From: an uncultured Acidobacteriota bacterium
GTDB taxonomy: Bacteria > Acidobacteriota > Thermoanaerobaculia > UBA5066 > DATFVB01
DNA length: 64,000 nucleotides
Direction: 5' to 3'
Assembly: GCA_963813155.1 (NCBI GenBank)
Contig: CAWEYG010000001.1
Span: forward strand, 860,347 to 924,346
Of the stretch, positions 1 to 9,974 are shown piece by piece. How positions within the stretch are numbered: the stretch's first letter is position 1; each line of letters opens with the position of its first letter. The notes beneath the pieces are model-generated. The model worked only from the letters and a program-made list of their open reading frames with translations, was not told the DNA's origin and searched no databases. Made by a program: the position numbers and the translations under genes.

Positions 1-757
1 GCGCGACCGGGATGTTTTTCCCCGACTGGGAAAGCTCCGGCGGCTCCTCCTTCAGGATCGCCACGATCGTGTCGCTCGGCGTGTCCCTCTTGAAGGCCCT
101 GTGGCCGGAAAGCATCTCGTAGAGGACCGCTCCGAAGGAAAAGATGTCCGAGCGGTGATCGACTTCGCGCCCCCGCACCTGCTCGGGCGACATGTAGCCC
201 ATCGTGCCCATGACGGTCCCCGGTTCGGTGCCTCTCGATTGCGTCGGGGCGCTCGTCTGTTCCTTCTCCTCGCTGTCCTCCGCTCTCTTGGCCAGGCCGA
301 AGTCGAGGATCTTGACGTGCCCGTCCTTCGTGACGAAGAGGTTCTCGGGCTTCAAATCCCGGTGGACGATCCCCCGCTCGTGGGCGGCCGAGAGACCCCG
401 GGCGATCTGCATCGCAAAATCGACAACCTGTTTCTGCGAGAGCGCTCCCGAGTCCAGGCGGTCCCGAAGCGTCTGGCCGGAGAGCAGCTCCATGACCGCG
501 TAGGCCACGCCGTCCTGGTGGCCGTAGTCGAAAATCGCGAGGATGTTGGGATGCGAAAGAGCCGCGACGGCTTTAGCCTCGCGCTCGAAGCGGGCGAGCA
601 TGTCCGGGTTCGACGCCACCGCCTCGGGAAGCACCTTGATCGCGACGTCCCGATCGAGCTTCGAGTCCTTCGCCCGGTACACCTCGCCCATCCCTCCGGC
701 GCCGATCGGCGCAAGAATCTCGTAGGGCCCGAGGCGGGTGCCGGAAACTAGGCTCAA
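1..757 (-). CDS. Hanks-type Ser/Thr protein kinase (N-terminal part; runs off the window edge)
   Basis: Manual translation: [56 protein letters not shown]; AGGAG RBS upstream. Confidence 0.93.
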   Translation of the reverse strand, partial: MSLVSGTRLGPYEILAPIGAGGMGEVYRAKDSKLDRDVAIKVLPEAVASNPDMLARFEREAKAVAALSHPNILAIFDYGHQDGVAYAVMELLSGQTLRDRLDSGALSQKQVVDFAMQIARGLSAAHERGIVHRDLKPENLFVTKDGHVKILDFGLAKRAEDSEEKEQTSAPTQSRGTEPGTVMGTMGYMSPEQVRGREVDHRSDIFSFGAVLYEMLSGHRAFKRDTPSDTIVAILKEEPPELSQSGKNIPVA

Positions 758-779
758 ACTTTCTCCTGTGGTGGTGATT

Positions 780-3431
780 CTATCCGACGAGTCTCTTGAA
801 CCTCGGATTCCCGCGCAGCGGATCGAAATCCGGGTCGATCTTGAGCCACCCCGGCGAGAGGTAGTACGGAATCTTCAGAAGCGGCTCGAGCGTGTCGATC
901 GCCTTCTCGTGTTCGCCCGTCAGGATGTAGATGCGCACGAGGGAGTGCTGGAACGTCGCGCCATCGATGGCGTCCACGGAGATCGGCCTCGAGAGGACGC
1001 CCTCGATTCCCTCGTGGATCGCTTCCTCCTTCCTTCCCGCCAGGGCGAGCGCGACGCCGAGCGTCGAGTGCCGGCCCGTCATCGGCCCGGCCGCGGGCTG
1101 TTGCCTCAGCAAATCGACAGCCTCGGCCGCGAGCTCGCGCGACCTCGCCGCATCGCCGTCGAGCGCGCGAATTTCCGCGAGGCAGAAAGCCCAGAGCGCC
1201 CGATCGCCGCCAAATGCCGCAGGACTCGACCGCACAAGCAGATCGCGGTCCTCGCGATCGGGAACCCAGAAGAGGTCCCAGAAGTTCGCAAAGAGCGCCG
1301 CGATCGCGGTCCGATCGGCCTGCGGGCGCGCGTTCCGGATGACCGCCCGCGCTGCCTCGAGGTCGCCGGCCGAAAGCTCCGCCATCGCCCGGTACTCGAG
1401 GACCGGGATGTTGCCCGGGTCGAGTGCCAGCGCGCGGTCGAGCGGCGCCCGCGCCTCTGACGGGCGGCGCAGCCAGATGTACGTGAACCCGAGCCTCCGG
1501 TGGCTCAGGACGGACAGCGGATCGGCGCGAAGGGCGTCCTGGAGATCCCGGATCGAAGCATCCCACCGGCCGAGGGCCTGTTTTTCGACCGCGACCGACT
1601 CGATCGCGTCGGCGTTCGAGGGCGCGAGGCGGCGCGCCCGCTCGAAGAGCTCGAGGCCTCGGACGTTGTCGCCGCGCACGAGCCGCTCAACGTTCGCAAG
1701 CGCGAGATAGCTCTCCGCTCGATCGGGCGCGAGCGCGACGGCGCTGTCGGCGGCATGATTGGCCGCAACACCCGATCCGACCGTCGGCGTCATGTTGACG
1801 TACCCCAGACTTCGGGACATGGCGAGGTGCGCCCAGGCGAGCGCGAAGGAAGGGTCGAGCGCGACGGCGCGCTCATAGTGTCCGATCGCCGTTCGGACGC
1901 TCTCTGCGTCGGTCCGTGCGATGAGCTCCTGCCCCTTCAGAAACTCGTCGTACGCGGTGAGGTTCGCGGTCGGCTTCTCCGCGAGCCTCTTCGCGTCCGC
2001 GCCGCCGAGTGCCACGCCCAGTTCGCTGGCGACCCGCGCGGCAATGTCCGACTGAACTTTGAACACGTCGGTCTGCGGAGCATCGAAGCGTTCCTGCCAG
2101 CGCGAAACGGGAGCGCGATCCTCCTTGACCTCCACGAGCTCCGGCGCAACCTCGAGGTTCCCGCCGCCGCCCGATTTCTCCGAACGGACCGTACCCGTGA
2201 GGAGGTACGCGACGTCGAGCTCGCGCGCGATCTGCTGCGGGGTTTTCGTGGTTTTCCTGTAGGGCGTCGAGCTCGCGCGCGCGATGACGGCGAGCGACGG
2301 AAGCGACGTGAGCTTCCCGCGCACTTCGTCGGCCACGCCGTCGGCGAAGTAGTCCTGATCCGCGGGGCCGAGGTTCTCGAAGGGAAGCACCGCGATCCGC
2401 GTCGGGCCGACAGGCGCGGAAGACGTCCGGTGCCGGGCGAGGAAAATGGCGGCGGCCGCAAGCGCCACCGCGAGCCCGAACACTCCGAAGAGCAGGAACC
2501 GTTGTCGTGGCGGTCGGGCAGCCGACTGCCCCGAGGCGCCAGCCGATGTTCCAAGTGCCGCCTGCGAAAGGCCGAATGCGATGTCCCGCGCGGACTGAAA
2601 GCGGTCCTCCGGTCTCTTTTCGAGGCAGTGCTGGACGAGCGCATCGAGGACAGGCCCCGAAGTCGCGGTCCCGGCAGGCTCAGCGGGCGTGGTTGGATCG
2701 TCGCGCAGGATCGCCGACATCGTCTCGGCCGCCGTGTTCCGGTGGAACGCCTGCCTGCCCGTCAGCATCTCGTGGAGAACCACGCCGAATGAGAAAATGT
2801 CGGAACGGTGATCGACGCGCAGGCCCTTGACCTGCTCGGGCGACATGTAGTCGAGCGTTCCCATGACGGTGCCCGGTTCCGTAGCCCCGGCGGGACGCCC
2901 CGGCAAGACGGAAGCCGTCGGCGCGCTCGTCTCCTCTCTCGTTGGCGGAGGCTCCTGCTGCTTGGCGAGGCCGAAGTCGAGGATCTTGAGATGACCCTCT
3001 CGGGAGATGAAGAGATTTTCGGGCTTCAAGTCGCGGTGGACGATCCCCTTCTCGTGGGCCGCCGCCAGGCCATTCACGATCTGGGTCGCATAGTCGATCG
3101 CGATTTTCTGCGGCAGCGCTCCGGAGTCGAGCCTGTCGCGCAACGTCTGGCCCGACAGCAGCTCCATGACCGCGTAGGAAACGCCCTCGTGAGTCCCGAA
3201 ATCGAAGATTGCGAGGATGTTGGGATGCGAAAGAGCGGCGACGGCCTTCGCCTCGCGCTCGAAGCGGGCGAGGGCGTCGGGGTGACGGGCGATCGACTCC
3301 GGCAGCACCTTGATCGCGACGTCGCGATCGAGCTTTTTGTCGCGCGCCCTGTACACCTCGCCCATCCCCCCCGCGCCGATCGGCGCGAGGATCTCATACG
3401 GGCCGAGGCGGGTGCCGGGCGAAAGGCTCAG
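780..3431 (-). CDS. Membrane Ser/Thr kinase with TolB-N-like (IAVLPFEN) and TPR extracytoplasmic domains
   Basis: All kinase motifs intact; TM segment FLLFGVFGLAVALAAAAIFL; TPR repeats; C-terminus DPDFDPLRGNPRF. By analogy with paralogs the start is probably CTG at 3431, 8 nt after AGGAG, not 3953. Confidence 0.92.
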   Translation of the reverse strand: MSLSPGTRLGPYEILAPIGAGGMGEVYRARDKKLDRDVAIKVLPESIARHPDALARFEREAKAVAALSHPNILAIFDFGTHEGVSYAVMELLSGQTLRDRLDSGALPQKIAIDYATQIVNGLAAAHEKGIVHRDLKPENLFISREGHLKILDFGLAKQQEPPPTREETSAPTASVLPGRPAGATEPGTVMGTLDYMSPEQVKGLRVDHRSDIFSFGVVLHEMLTGRQAFHRNTAAETMSAILRDDPTTPAEPAGTATSGPVLDALVQHCLEKRPEDRFQSARDIAFGLSQAALGTSAGASGQSAARPPRQRFLLFGVFGLAVALAAAAIFLARHRTSSAPVGPTRIAVLPFENLGPADQDYFADGVADEVRGKLTSLPSLAVIARASSTPYRKTTKTPQQIARELDVAYLLTGTVRSEKSGGGGNLEVAPELVEVKEDRAPVSRWQERFDAPQTDVFKVQSDIAARVASELGVALGGADAKRLAEKPTANLTAYDEFLKGQELIARTDAESVRTAIGHYERAVALDPSFALAWAHLAMSRSLGYVNMTPTVGSGVAANHAADSAVALAPDRAESYLALANVERLVRGDNVRGLELFERARRLAPSNADAIESVAVEKQALGRWDASIRDLQDALRADPLSVLSHRRLGFTYIWLRRPSEARAPLDRALALDPGNIPVLEYRAMAELSAGDLEAARAVIRNARPQADRTAIAALFANFWDLFWVPDREDRDLLVRSSPAAFGGDRALWAFCLAEIRALDGDAARSRELAAEAVDLLRQQPAAGPMTGRHSTLGVALALAGRKEEAIHEGIEGVLSRPISVDAIDGATFQHSLVRIYILTGEHEKAIDTLEPLLKIPYYLSPGWLKIDPDFDPLRGNPRFKRLVG

Positions 3432-3496
3432 TAGGCATTCTCCTGTGGAAGGGATTCTATCGTTCCAGCGGGAACGGCGCGGTGGCGGTCGTCCTC

Positions 3497-4486
3497 CTAC
3501 CGGCCCGACGTCCACGTCCCGCGGTGGAGCGGAGACGCCGACGGGTCCTTCGAATTGTTGTCGTTGATCGAAGCGAGCCCGGAGATCCCGGAATCGCCGC
3601 TCGTGATCTCGGCGAAAACAACGAGCGTGTCTTCCTGCGCCGGGTTGGCGCCCAGAAGGGAGAAGAGGTTGACGACCGTTGCCGTCTCCCCGACGCCGAG
3701 AGCCGCCGGCAGAGTGTACGTGCCCGTGACGGCACCCGCGGAGTCGTAGCCGGTCAGTTTGAGCGTCACCGGGTTCGCGACGAACGCGTGCGTCGAGGGA
3801 TTCACGTAGCCCTCGTTGGTGATGAAAAAGTTCGTGTAGAGCTGCGGCGTACCCGCCTCGCCGCGCGTGTCTCGTGCGATGCCGACGAGGCCCTTCGGTT
3901 CGGTCGTCGTGAGCTCGTGGCCCGACGCCGACACGCCGATCGTGCCGTTGCATCCGTTGCTGTAGAAGCGCGCCTGGGCGCTGCCCTGCCCGATCTGGTC
4001 GAAGAGGCCCGCGTGCGGCGAGTTGAAGATCACGAGCATTCCGCCGATGACGCCGGCGCTCTCTTCCGAGCTCGTCAGGTCGCCCGGGATCGCGGGCCCG
4101 GCGGCCCGCAGGTCGTCGACGAAGTCGTCGGAGTGGAAGACGGCCCGCGGTCCGAGCGTGCCGGTCCCCTGCGCGACGATTCCGGATGCGGTGAGGCTGC
4201 CGACGAGCTCGACCGGAACGCCGCCGACGAGGACGTCGTAGTAGAAGTCCACCTGCGTGGCCGCGTTCGTGTCGTTGGCGACGTCCACGGCCGTTCGGAA
4301 AAGCGTGTTGCCGCTGCCGGTCACGCGGCCGACGACGTCGACTTCGACCCCGATGCCGACGGCCGGCGCCGGCCCCGACGAGAAGGCCGCGCGGATGCGC
4401 GAAGAATCGGGGCCGCGCCGGACCACCGCCGCGGAGGCGGCGGAGGCGACGAGCAGGAGGGCAAGCTGGGCGAGCGGATTCTTCAT
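3497..4486 (-). CDS. Secreted beta-rich hypothetical protein
   Basis: Signal peptide MKNPLAQLALLLVASAASA; GGAGGAG RBS; paralogous to the C-terminal part of 8815-9918. Confidence 0.8.
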   Translation of the reverse strand: MKNPLAQLALLLVASAASAAVVRRGPDSSRIRAAFSSGPAPAVGIGVEVDVVGRVTGSGNTLFRTAVDVANDTNAATQVDFYYDVLVGGVPVELVGSLTASGIVAQGTGTLGPRAVFHSDDFVDDLRAAGPAIPGDLTSSEESAGVIGGMLVIFNSPHAGLFDQIGQGSAQARFYSNGCNGTIGVSASGHELTTTEPKGLVGIARDTRGEAGTPQLYTNFFITNEGYVNPSTHAFVANPVTLKLTGYDSAGAVTGTYTLPAALGVGETATVVNLFSLLGANPAQEDTLVVFAEITSGDSGISGLASINDNNSKDPSASPLHRGTWTSGR

Positions 4487-5996
4487 TTCTTCTCCTCCTC
4501 GGAATGCGGCTTTCGGGAGACCGGAGGCGCGACGGGCGCGGCCGGGGGGAGCACCTTGCCCACCTCCAGACCTAGCGCGCTCGCGGCCACGAAATGGTTT
4601 CGGGGAGTAGGGTCCGGTGTTTCGGAATACACGTCGCCGTAAGCGAAGATGCCCTCGATGCCCTTCGCCATCGTCACGTCGAATTCCAGGAGGTCCGCGC
4701 GTCCGGCAGGCATCGCTTCCACTCGATTGCAGATGGAAGCCTCACCCCCGGATTGCAGGCAGCTCCAGCCGGAAGCACGGGAGTTGACCTGCGACGCGCC
4801 ATAGATCACCAGCGGCATTCGGACGTCCTCGGCAGGGTCCGGGCCGAAGTTCGCTACCGAAAGCGCGAGCAGGATTTCCGCAGGGTTGTCCGCCTCCGGC
4901 CGCATCTCGAGAACGGCGACCTCGACTTCCGCGCATTTCGGGTCCGGGGAAGCGACGAACATTCTCTGCAGGTTGGATCCGGACGAGAGGTTCTGCTCGA
5001 CGACGAACTTTGCGTTCGGGCACGCATCGGCGAGAACGGCGGAGCGCCGCACGGAAAAGGCATCCGGACCGGGCGGCAGCGGCTCGGCCGCGACGGCGAG
5101 AATGCCGATCGGCTCGCTGATGCCGGGCGACGCGTTGATCGTCGCATGACCGTCGTCGGTCGCCGTCGAAACGACGAGTTGCGACACGACGCCCGCTCCC
5201 GCAAACGAATCCGCGAACCACACGTTGCCGTCGCCGCCCGCCGTGATGCCGCTCGCGTCCGCGTTCGCGTACGGAATCGGATATTCCGCGACCGTCTTGT
5301 CGGTCAGCCGCAGGCGACCGACGTTCGTCGCGTGCGTGAACCAGATGTTGCCGTCCGGGCCGGTCGTGATCCCGGGAAACCACGTGAACGACTCGGGGGG
5401 ATTCGCGGCCGGGACCGCAAACGACTGGACGGCTCCATCCGGTCCGACGCGCACGATCCGGTGGTGCGCGCGCAGATCGGTGAAGTACGCCGCTCCGTCC
5501 CACCCGACCGTCAGGTTCTCGACGACGGCGCCCGCGGGCAGCGTGAACTGCTGGTAGAAGCCGCCGTCGGCGGAAAGATGGCCGAGAATCGTCGGCTTCT
5601 GCAGGAAGTTGAAATAGACGCCGCTGTCGGCGCCGCCCGCGATGAAGTACGGGTTCGACGGCACGGCGTAGCGGAAAAACGCGCCGTTGGCCGATCGTCG
5701 CCCAACCACGGGGTTGCCGTAGTCCGCGTACCAGACCGAGCCGTCCGGCGTCGTCGCGAGGTTGAAGAGCAGCGCGTGCTCATCGGCGGGAACGGGAACG
5801 GGCGTGTAGGCGCCCGAATCGAAGTCGATCTTCCCGAGCGCGTTCGCGGCGGGATCCACCATCCAGACCGCGCCAAACGCGTCGACCGCCTGCTGGCTCG
5901 ACGTCGGCGTCGTCAGGTCCGTGCTCTGTGAAAATTCGAGATCTGGGCCGACGCGCTGCCCGCGGCGAGAAAAACGGCAAGAGCGACCCGTCTCAT
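4483..5996 (-). CDS. Secreted Vgb-lyase-like beta-propeller protein with C-terminal DUF11-like Ig domain (frameshift near 5930)
   Basis: Repeats such as GITTGPDGNIWFT and GITAGGDGNVWFA; VANFGPDPAEDV and SETPDPTPRN DUF11-like motifs; signal peptide MRRVALAVFLAAGSASAQ from ATG 5996 lies in another frame. Confidence 0.8.
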
Positions 5997-6123
5997 GATG
6001 GACTTTCAGCCTTGAGTTGCGCCGAGTTTAGCATGCCCGGTACCTTTCGGGACAAGGCTCCGGTCGTCCCCGTGACTGACTGGCAGCTCTCTTGCATTTC
6101 CGGCCAGGGGGCAGCGTGGATAC

Positions 6124-7932
6124 GTGAAAACCATCTTGATCGCGGACGATCAGCCCGAGATCCTGGAGATCCTCGAGGTTTCGCTCTCGGATTTCGGGGA
6201 CGATATCCGTCTGCGGACGGCGCGCAACGGGCGGGAGGCGATCGACCGGCTCGCGGAGGAGCCGATCGATCTCGTCGTCACTGACCTGGCGATGCCTGTC
6301 GTGGACGGGTTCCAGGTACTGGCCCACATGATGCGCAACTATCCGTCGATTCCCGTCTTCGTGATGACGGCCTACGGCACGCCGATGACGCGCCGCCGGC
6401 TGAACGAGCTCGGACCGCAAATCTTCGTCGAAAAACCGTTCGATCCGGCCCAGCTCGTCGACCGAATTCGGAACGTGCTGCGTGAGACGGCCAGAGGCCA
6501 GGTCGAAGGCATCACGCTGGCTTCTTTTCTTCAGCTCCTCCACCTCGAAGCCAAGACCTGCCTGCTGCGCGTCGGCTCGAACGGGCGGAGCGGCCTGTTG
6601 ACACTCGCTTCGGGCGAGCTCGTCGATGCGCAGTACGGAGACCGAAGGGGCAGAGCCGCCGTTTTCGAGATCCTGGGGTGGGAAAGCGTGGAAATCCGGA
6701 TGGACCCGAATGTTCGAGCCAGCGAGAAGACGATCGAGAAATCTCTCGAACACATTCTCCTGGGAGCCGCAGCGCATCGAGACGAGACCTGCCGGAAGGA
6801 AGGATCTGTCCCAGTCGACGAGGAGACTTCGCCGCCCCCGGAACCCGTGGAGCTCGTCCTCTCACACCTCGTCATGGATCTCGCTGGTGGAACGGCCGGC
6901 ATCGAGAGCTTCCTTCAGGCCGTCGGGAAGACGCTGAAGTGGGATTCTGCTGTGCTCTGGACGAAAGTGAGCGGCCGGGACCTGTTGCGCCGCGAGAGCC
7001 TCTGGAGCCCCGACCCGGTTGTGAGGGAAGCTCTCGAGCTCCGCAGCGAGATCGACCTGACGAACCCAACGGAAGCGCCGGCCCAGGCGTGGGTAAGAGG
7101 GCGGGCGTCCGGTGCGGCCGATCCCGAGGATGCGGCCGCCCGATGCGGTTTTCACTCGGCAGCGGCCTTTCCCGTTCTGGCGGACGAGCAAGACATCGGC
7201 GTGATCGAGCTCCTGGGGATGTCCAGGCGCGAGCTCGACAGTCCGACGCTCGACTGGCTCACCGCGCTGGGTTCCCGGCTGCCGGCATTTCTCGGCCGCG
7301 CTCGATCGGACCAGCGGCGAGCGGATCTGATCGAGCGGGAGCAAGAAGCGCTCAACCGGATTCACGCGCACGAGGCTCGACTGTCTTTTCTCGCGGAGAC
7401 GAGCGCGGTGCTGGCCTGCGCGCTGGAGGAATCCGTTCTGTGGCAGACCTTCGCTCGCCTCCTCGTTCCGCGCATCGCGGATTGGTGTGTTTTCGAGGTG
7501 ATCGAGCCCACCGAGGAGCATCTCCTCACGGTCTTTCACCGGGACCCCGCCATGCTCGAATGGACCGAGGAGCTCCGCCTTCGCGGATCGCGGGCGTCCG
7601 AGCCCTGGTCGCCGGTTGCGCGAGTCCTTCGAACAGGAGTTGCGGAGATCTACGTCGGATCGGCGCTCGATCGAGATGCGGGGATTTGTTCACGCCTCGG
7701 CTTCCAGTGCGCCATGATCGTGCCGATCGCCGCACGTGCCCGAGTCTTTGGAATCGTGACTCTGGTTTCCGCCCCTCCGGCCGTGCCGTTTGGCCCGGAA
7801 GAACTGGCAATGGCCCAGGACCTGGGACACCGAATGGCGCTGGCGGTAGGCAACGCCCGGCGGGCCCGATCGCGGGCGGCCGCGCCGGGGATCGAGACCC
7901 CGATCGAGTCCTACCCGAGCCTCACGGGGTAA
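6124..7932 (+). CDS. Response regulator receiver + DUF4388 (PatA-N-like) + two GAF domains
   Basis: ILIADD..DLVVTDLAMPVVDG..MTAY..EKPFD receiver motifs; GITLASFLQLLHLEAKT DUF4388-like; VPRIADWC and MIVPIAARARVFG GAF. Confidence 0.85.
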   Translation: MKTILIADDQPEILEILEVSLSDFGDDIRLRTARNGREAIDRLAEEPIDLVVTDLAMPVVDGFQVLAHMMRNYPSIPVFVMTAYGTPMTRRRLNELGPQIFVEKPFDPAQLVDRIRNVLRETARGQVEGITLASFLQLLHLEAKTCLLRVGSNGRSGLLTLASGELVDAQYGDRRGRAAVFEILGWESVEIRMDPNVRASEKTIEKSLEHILLGAAAHRDETCRKEGSVPVDEETSPPPEPVELVLSHLVMDLAGGTAGIESFLQAVGKTLKWDSAVLWTKVSGRDLLRRESLWSPDPVVREALELRSEIDLTNPTEAPAQAWVRGRASGAADPEDAAARCGFHSAAAFPVLADEQDIGVIELLGMSRRELDSPTLDWLTALGSRLPAFLGRARSDQRRADLIEREQEALNRIHAHEARLSFLAETSAVLACALEESVLWQTFARLLVPRIADWCVFEVIEPTEEHLLTVFHRDPAMLEWTEELRLRGSRASEPWSPVARVLRTGVAEIYVGSALDRDAGICSRLGFQCAMIVPIAARARVFGIVTLVSAPPAVPFGPEELAMAQDLGHRMALAVGNARRARSRAAAPGIETPIESYPSLTG

Positions 7933-8680
7933 TCGGCTTCGAACGGCTCCCCCCGGCGCCTTCCAGCGAGCCGGCGATGGCCCAGGCGGCGCCGGCGCAC
8001 GTCGCCGTGATGAAGAACTCCAACCAGGGCTCGCGGATCGCCGGGCTGGCAACGACGCCCGGGACGGAGACCAGAAGCAGGAAGATGGTGATCATCGCCG
8101 CCTCGGCCGTCGCCGCCAGGCGAGGCAGGATTCCGAAAAGAATTCCGAGCCCGGCAGCGATGTGACCGGCGCCCGCCAGATAGGCAAAGCCCGTTCGGTA
8201 GGGAAGCCACGCCGGCACGGCCGCGACCGCGGCCTTGACATAAACGAAGTGCGAGAGCCCGACCATGGGAAGCGCGATCGCGTAAAGAGCGCGCGCCAGA
8301 CGCATGCCCCCGGCTTCGGCGTCCGATTTCGCCAACAGGATCCAGCCGCCGGTCACGACCATCAGGTTCTGGCCGAAGTTCAGCCACAGGACCTCGACCG
8401 CGGGGTGCGCCGCGACGCGGGGAACGCCGAGCAGCAGGAGCTGCAGCGAGACGTTGACCGTGACGACGAGCGTCGCGACTCTGGCCGTGCGCGGCACCAG
8501 CATTCCCAGGCCGCCCGCGAGCAGCGTGAGGCCCGAGGCGTACGCGACGGCCTTTCCGCACGGGGCCCATGCCGGATAGAGTTTCCAGAGCAGCTCGAAA
8601 TCCCCGGAGACGAGGCACAGCACCCCGAACCCCGCGAAGCTGACAGCGAAGATCACCTGTCCCAGGCGCGTCACGCGCAT
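7922..8680 (-). CDS. DoxX-like integral membrane protein (internally duplicated)
   Basis: About 8 hydrophobic helices; GLSHFVY..VPAWLP..AYLAGAGHIAAG motif; GGAGG RBS. Confidence 0.75.
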   Translation of the reverse strand: MRVTRLGQVIFAVSFAGFGVLCLVSGDFELLWKLYPAWAPCGKAVAYASGLTLLAGGLGMLVPRTARVATLVVTVNVSLQLLLLGVPRVAAHPAVEVLWLNFGQNLMVVTGGWILLAKSDAEAGGMRLARALYAIALPMVGLSHFVYVKAAVAAVPAWLPYRTGFAYLAGAGHIAAGLGILFGILPRLAATAEAAMITIFLLLVSVPGVVASPAIREPWLEFFITATCAGAAWAIAGSLEGAGGSRSKPITP

Positions 8681-8725
8681 CGATGGACCTCCTGCTTTTT
8701 CCAGGGCGACTCTGCAACCGCGCGA

Positions 8726-8768
8726 GGTCGGTAGCTATATCCACTTCTCTTCGAAGCGACATAGCCAC
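8726..8768 (-). promoter_or_regulatory. Putative MocR/GabR operator, site A
   Basis: Minus strand GTGGCTAT-N16-GTGGATAT-N7-GACC; same architecture at 47071-47113, 49185-49227 and 60707-60749. Confidence 0.7.
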
Positions 8769-8814
8769 TCTCTCTTCCGGCAAGGAGCGCGGGTTGCGGT
8801 TTTCGGGGCGGGCG

Positions 8815-9918
8815 CTAGAAGTCCGCTCGCCTCAGCTCGGTCGAGCTGCTGTCGTGGGTTCCGTTGTCGATTTCAACGGAGAGCGCCTCGATCGTGGCTA
8901 CCCCGGACGTGACGCTGACATAGACGAGGATCGTGTCCTCCGCAGCAGGCACGCCGAGCGCAGTGAGCACGTTGCCGAGGACGGCGGTCTGGCCGGGAGC
9001 GATGTTGGAAATCGTCACCGGGGTTCCGGCCGGCGCGCCGGTCGAGTTCGAGTACGCCGAGACCTGGACGTTGACGGCTGTGACCGTCCCGGTGCCCGTG
9101 GGCGTCAGTCCCACATTGTTGATGAAAAGATTCGAATAGACCTGCGGACCCGGTTTTCCGAGCGTGGTGCGGAACGTTCCCACGAGCTTCGTCGGTTCGG
9201 AGGTCGTGATCTCGTGCCCCGTCGCCGAGACGCCGATCGTTCCCGAGACGTCTCCGGCGGAAAGCGTCCGGTAGAAATTGGCCGAGGCGCTGCCCTGGCC
9301 GACCTTCGTGAACCCGTTGAAGACGAGCAGAACCGAGCCGAGAAATCCGTCGGCCTCGGTGCCCGAGGTCAGCATTCCGGCCTTCACGAGCGAGTCGACG
9401 AAGTCGTCGCTGTGATAGTTCGAGTGGCCACGCGCATTCCCGCCGGTCCCCTTCAAAACGAGCGCTCCCGCCGACGAGATGCTTCCCGATACGGAGATCG
9501 GCGCCTGTGTCGCGCTGTCGTTTCCGTCGAGGTAGAAGTCGATCTCCGTCGCGGTCCCGGTGTTGTTGGAAACGTCCAGGGCCGTCTTGAAGAGGATTCC
9601 GCCGGAGCCGGCCAGGCGCCCGATGATGGGATTGTTGTAGTCGGTGTACCAGACGGCGCCGTCCTGCGTGATCGCGATGCTGTACGGCTTCGCGTTCGTC
9701 TCCGAAGCCGGGACGGGATAGGCCGTGTAGTTTTGCGACGGAAGCTCGATTTTTCCGATCGCGCCGTTCGTCGGGTCGGTGATCCAGATGTTGCCGGAGG
9801 GATCGACGGCCTGCGAGCTCGCGTTGCCCGCGAAATTGATCGGTGTCGAAGTGAAACCGGGGATCTGCGCCGAAGCCGAGCCGGCGACGAAACACGCGAT
9901 CAGCGCCATCCGCTTCAT
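8815..9918 (-). CDS. Secreted protein: partial Vgb-like propeller fused to a domain paralogous to 3497-4486
   Basis: Signal peptide; first ~100 aa align by eye with 4483-5996, the rest with 3497-4486 (HSDDFVD, GQGSA.A.FY, GTIGVSA.GHE.TT.EP..LVG). Confidence 0.8.
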   Translation of the reverse strand: MKRMALIACFVAGSASAQIPGFTSTPINFAGNASSQAVDPSGNIWITDPTNGAIGKIELPSQNYTAYPVPASETNAKPYSIAITQDGAVWYTDYNNPIIGRLAGSGGILFKTALDVSNNTGTATEIDFYLDGNDSATQAPISVSGSISSAGALVLKGTGGNARGHSNYHSDDFVDSLVKAGMLTSGTEADGFLGSVLLVFNGFTKVGQGSASANFYRTLSAGDVSGTIGVSATGHEITTSEPTKLVGTFRTTLGKPGPQVYSNLFINNVGLTPTGTGTVTAVNVQVSAYSNSTGAPAGTPVTISNIAPGQTAVLGNVLTALGVPAAEDTILVYVSVTSGVATIEALSVEIDNGTHDSSSTELRRADF

Positions 9919-9974
9919 GGGCCCTCCTCAGACTCGGGAAATTGTCCGAAGTTTAGCACGCCCGTTCGACAGGC

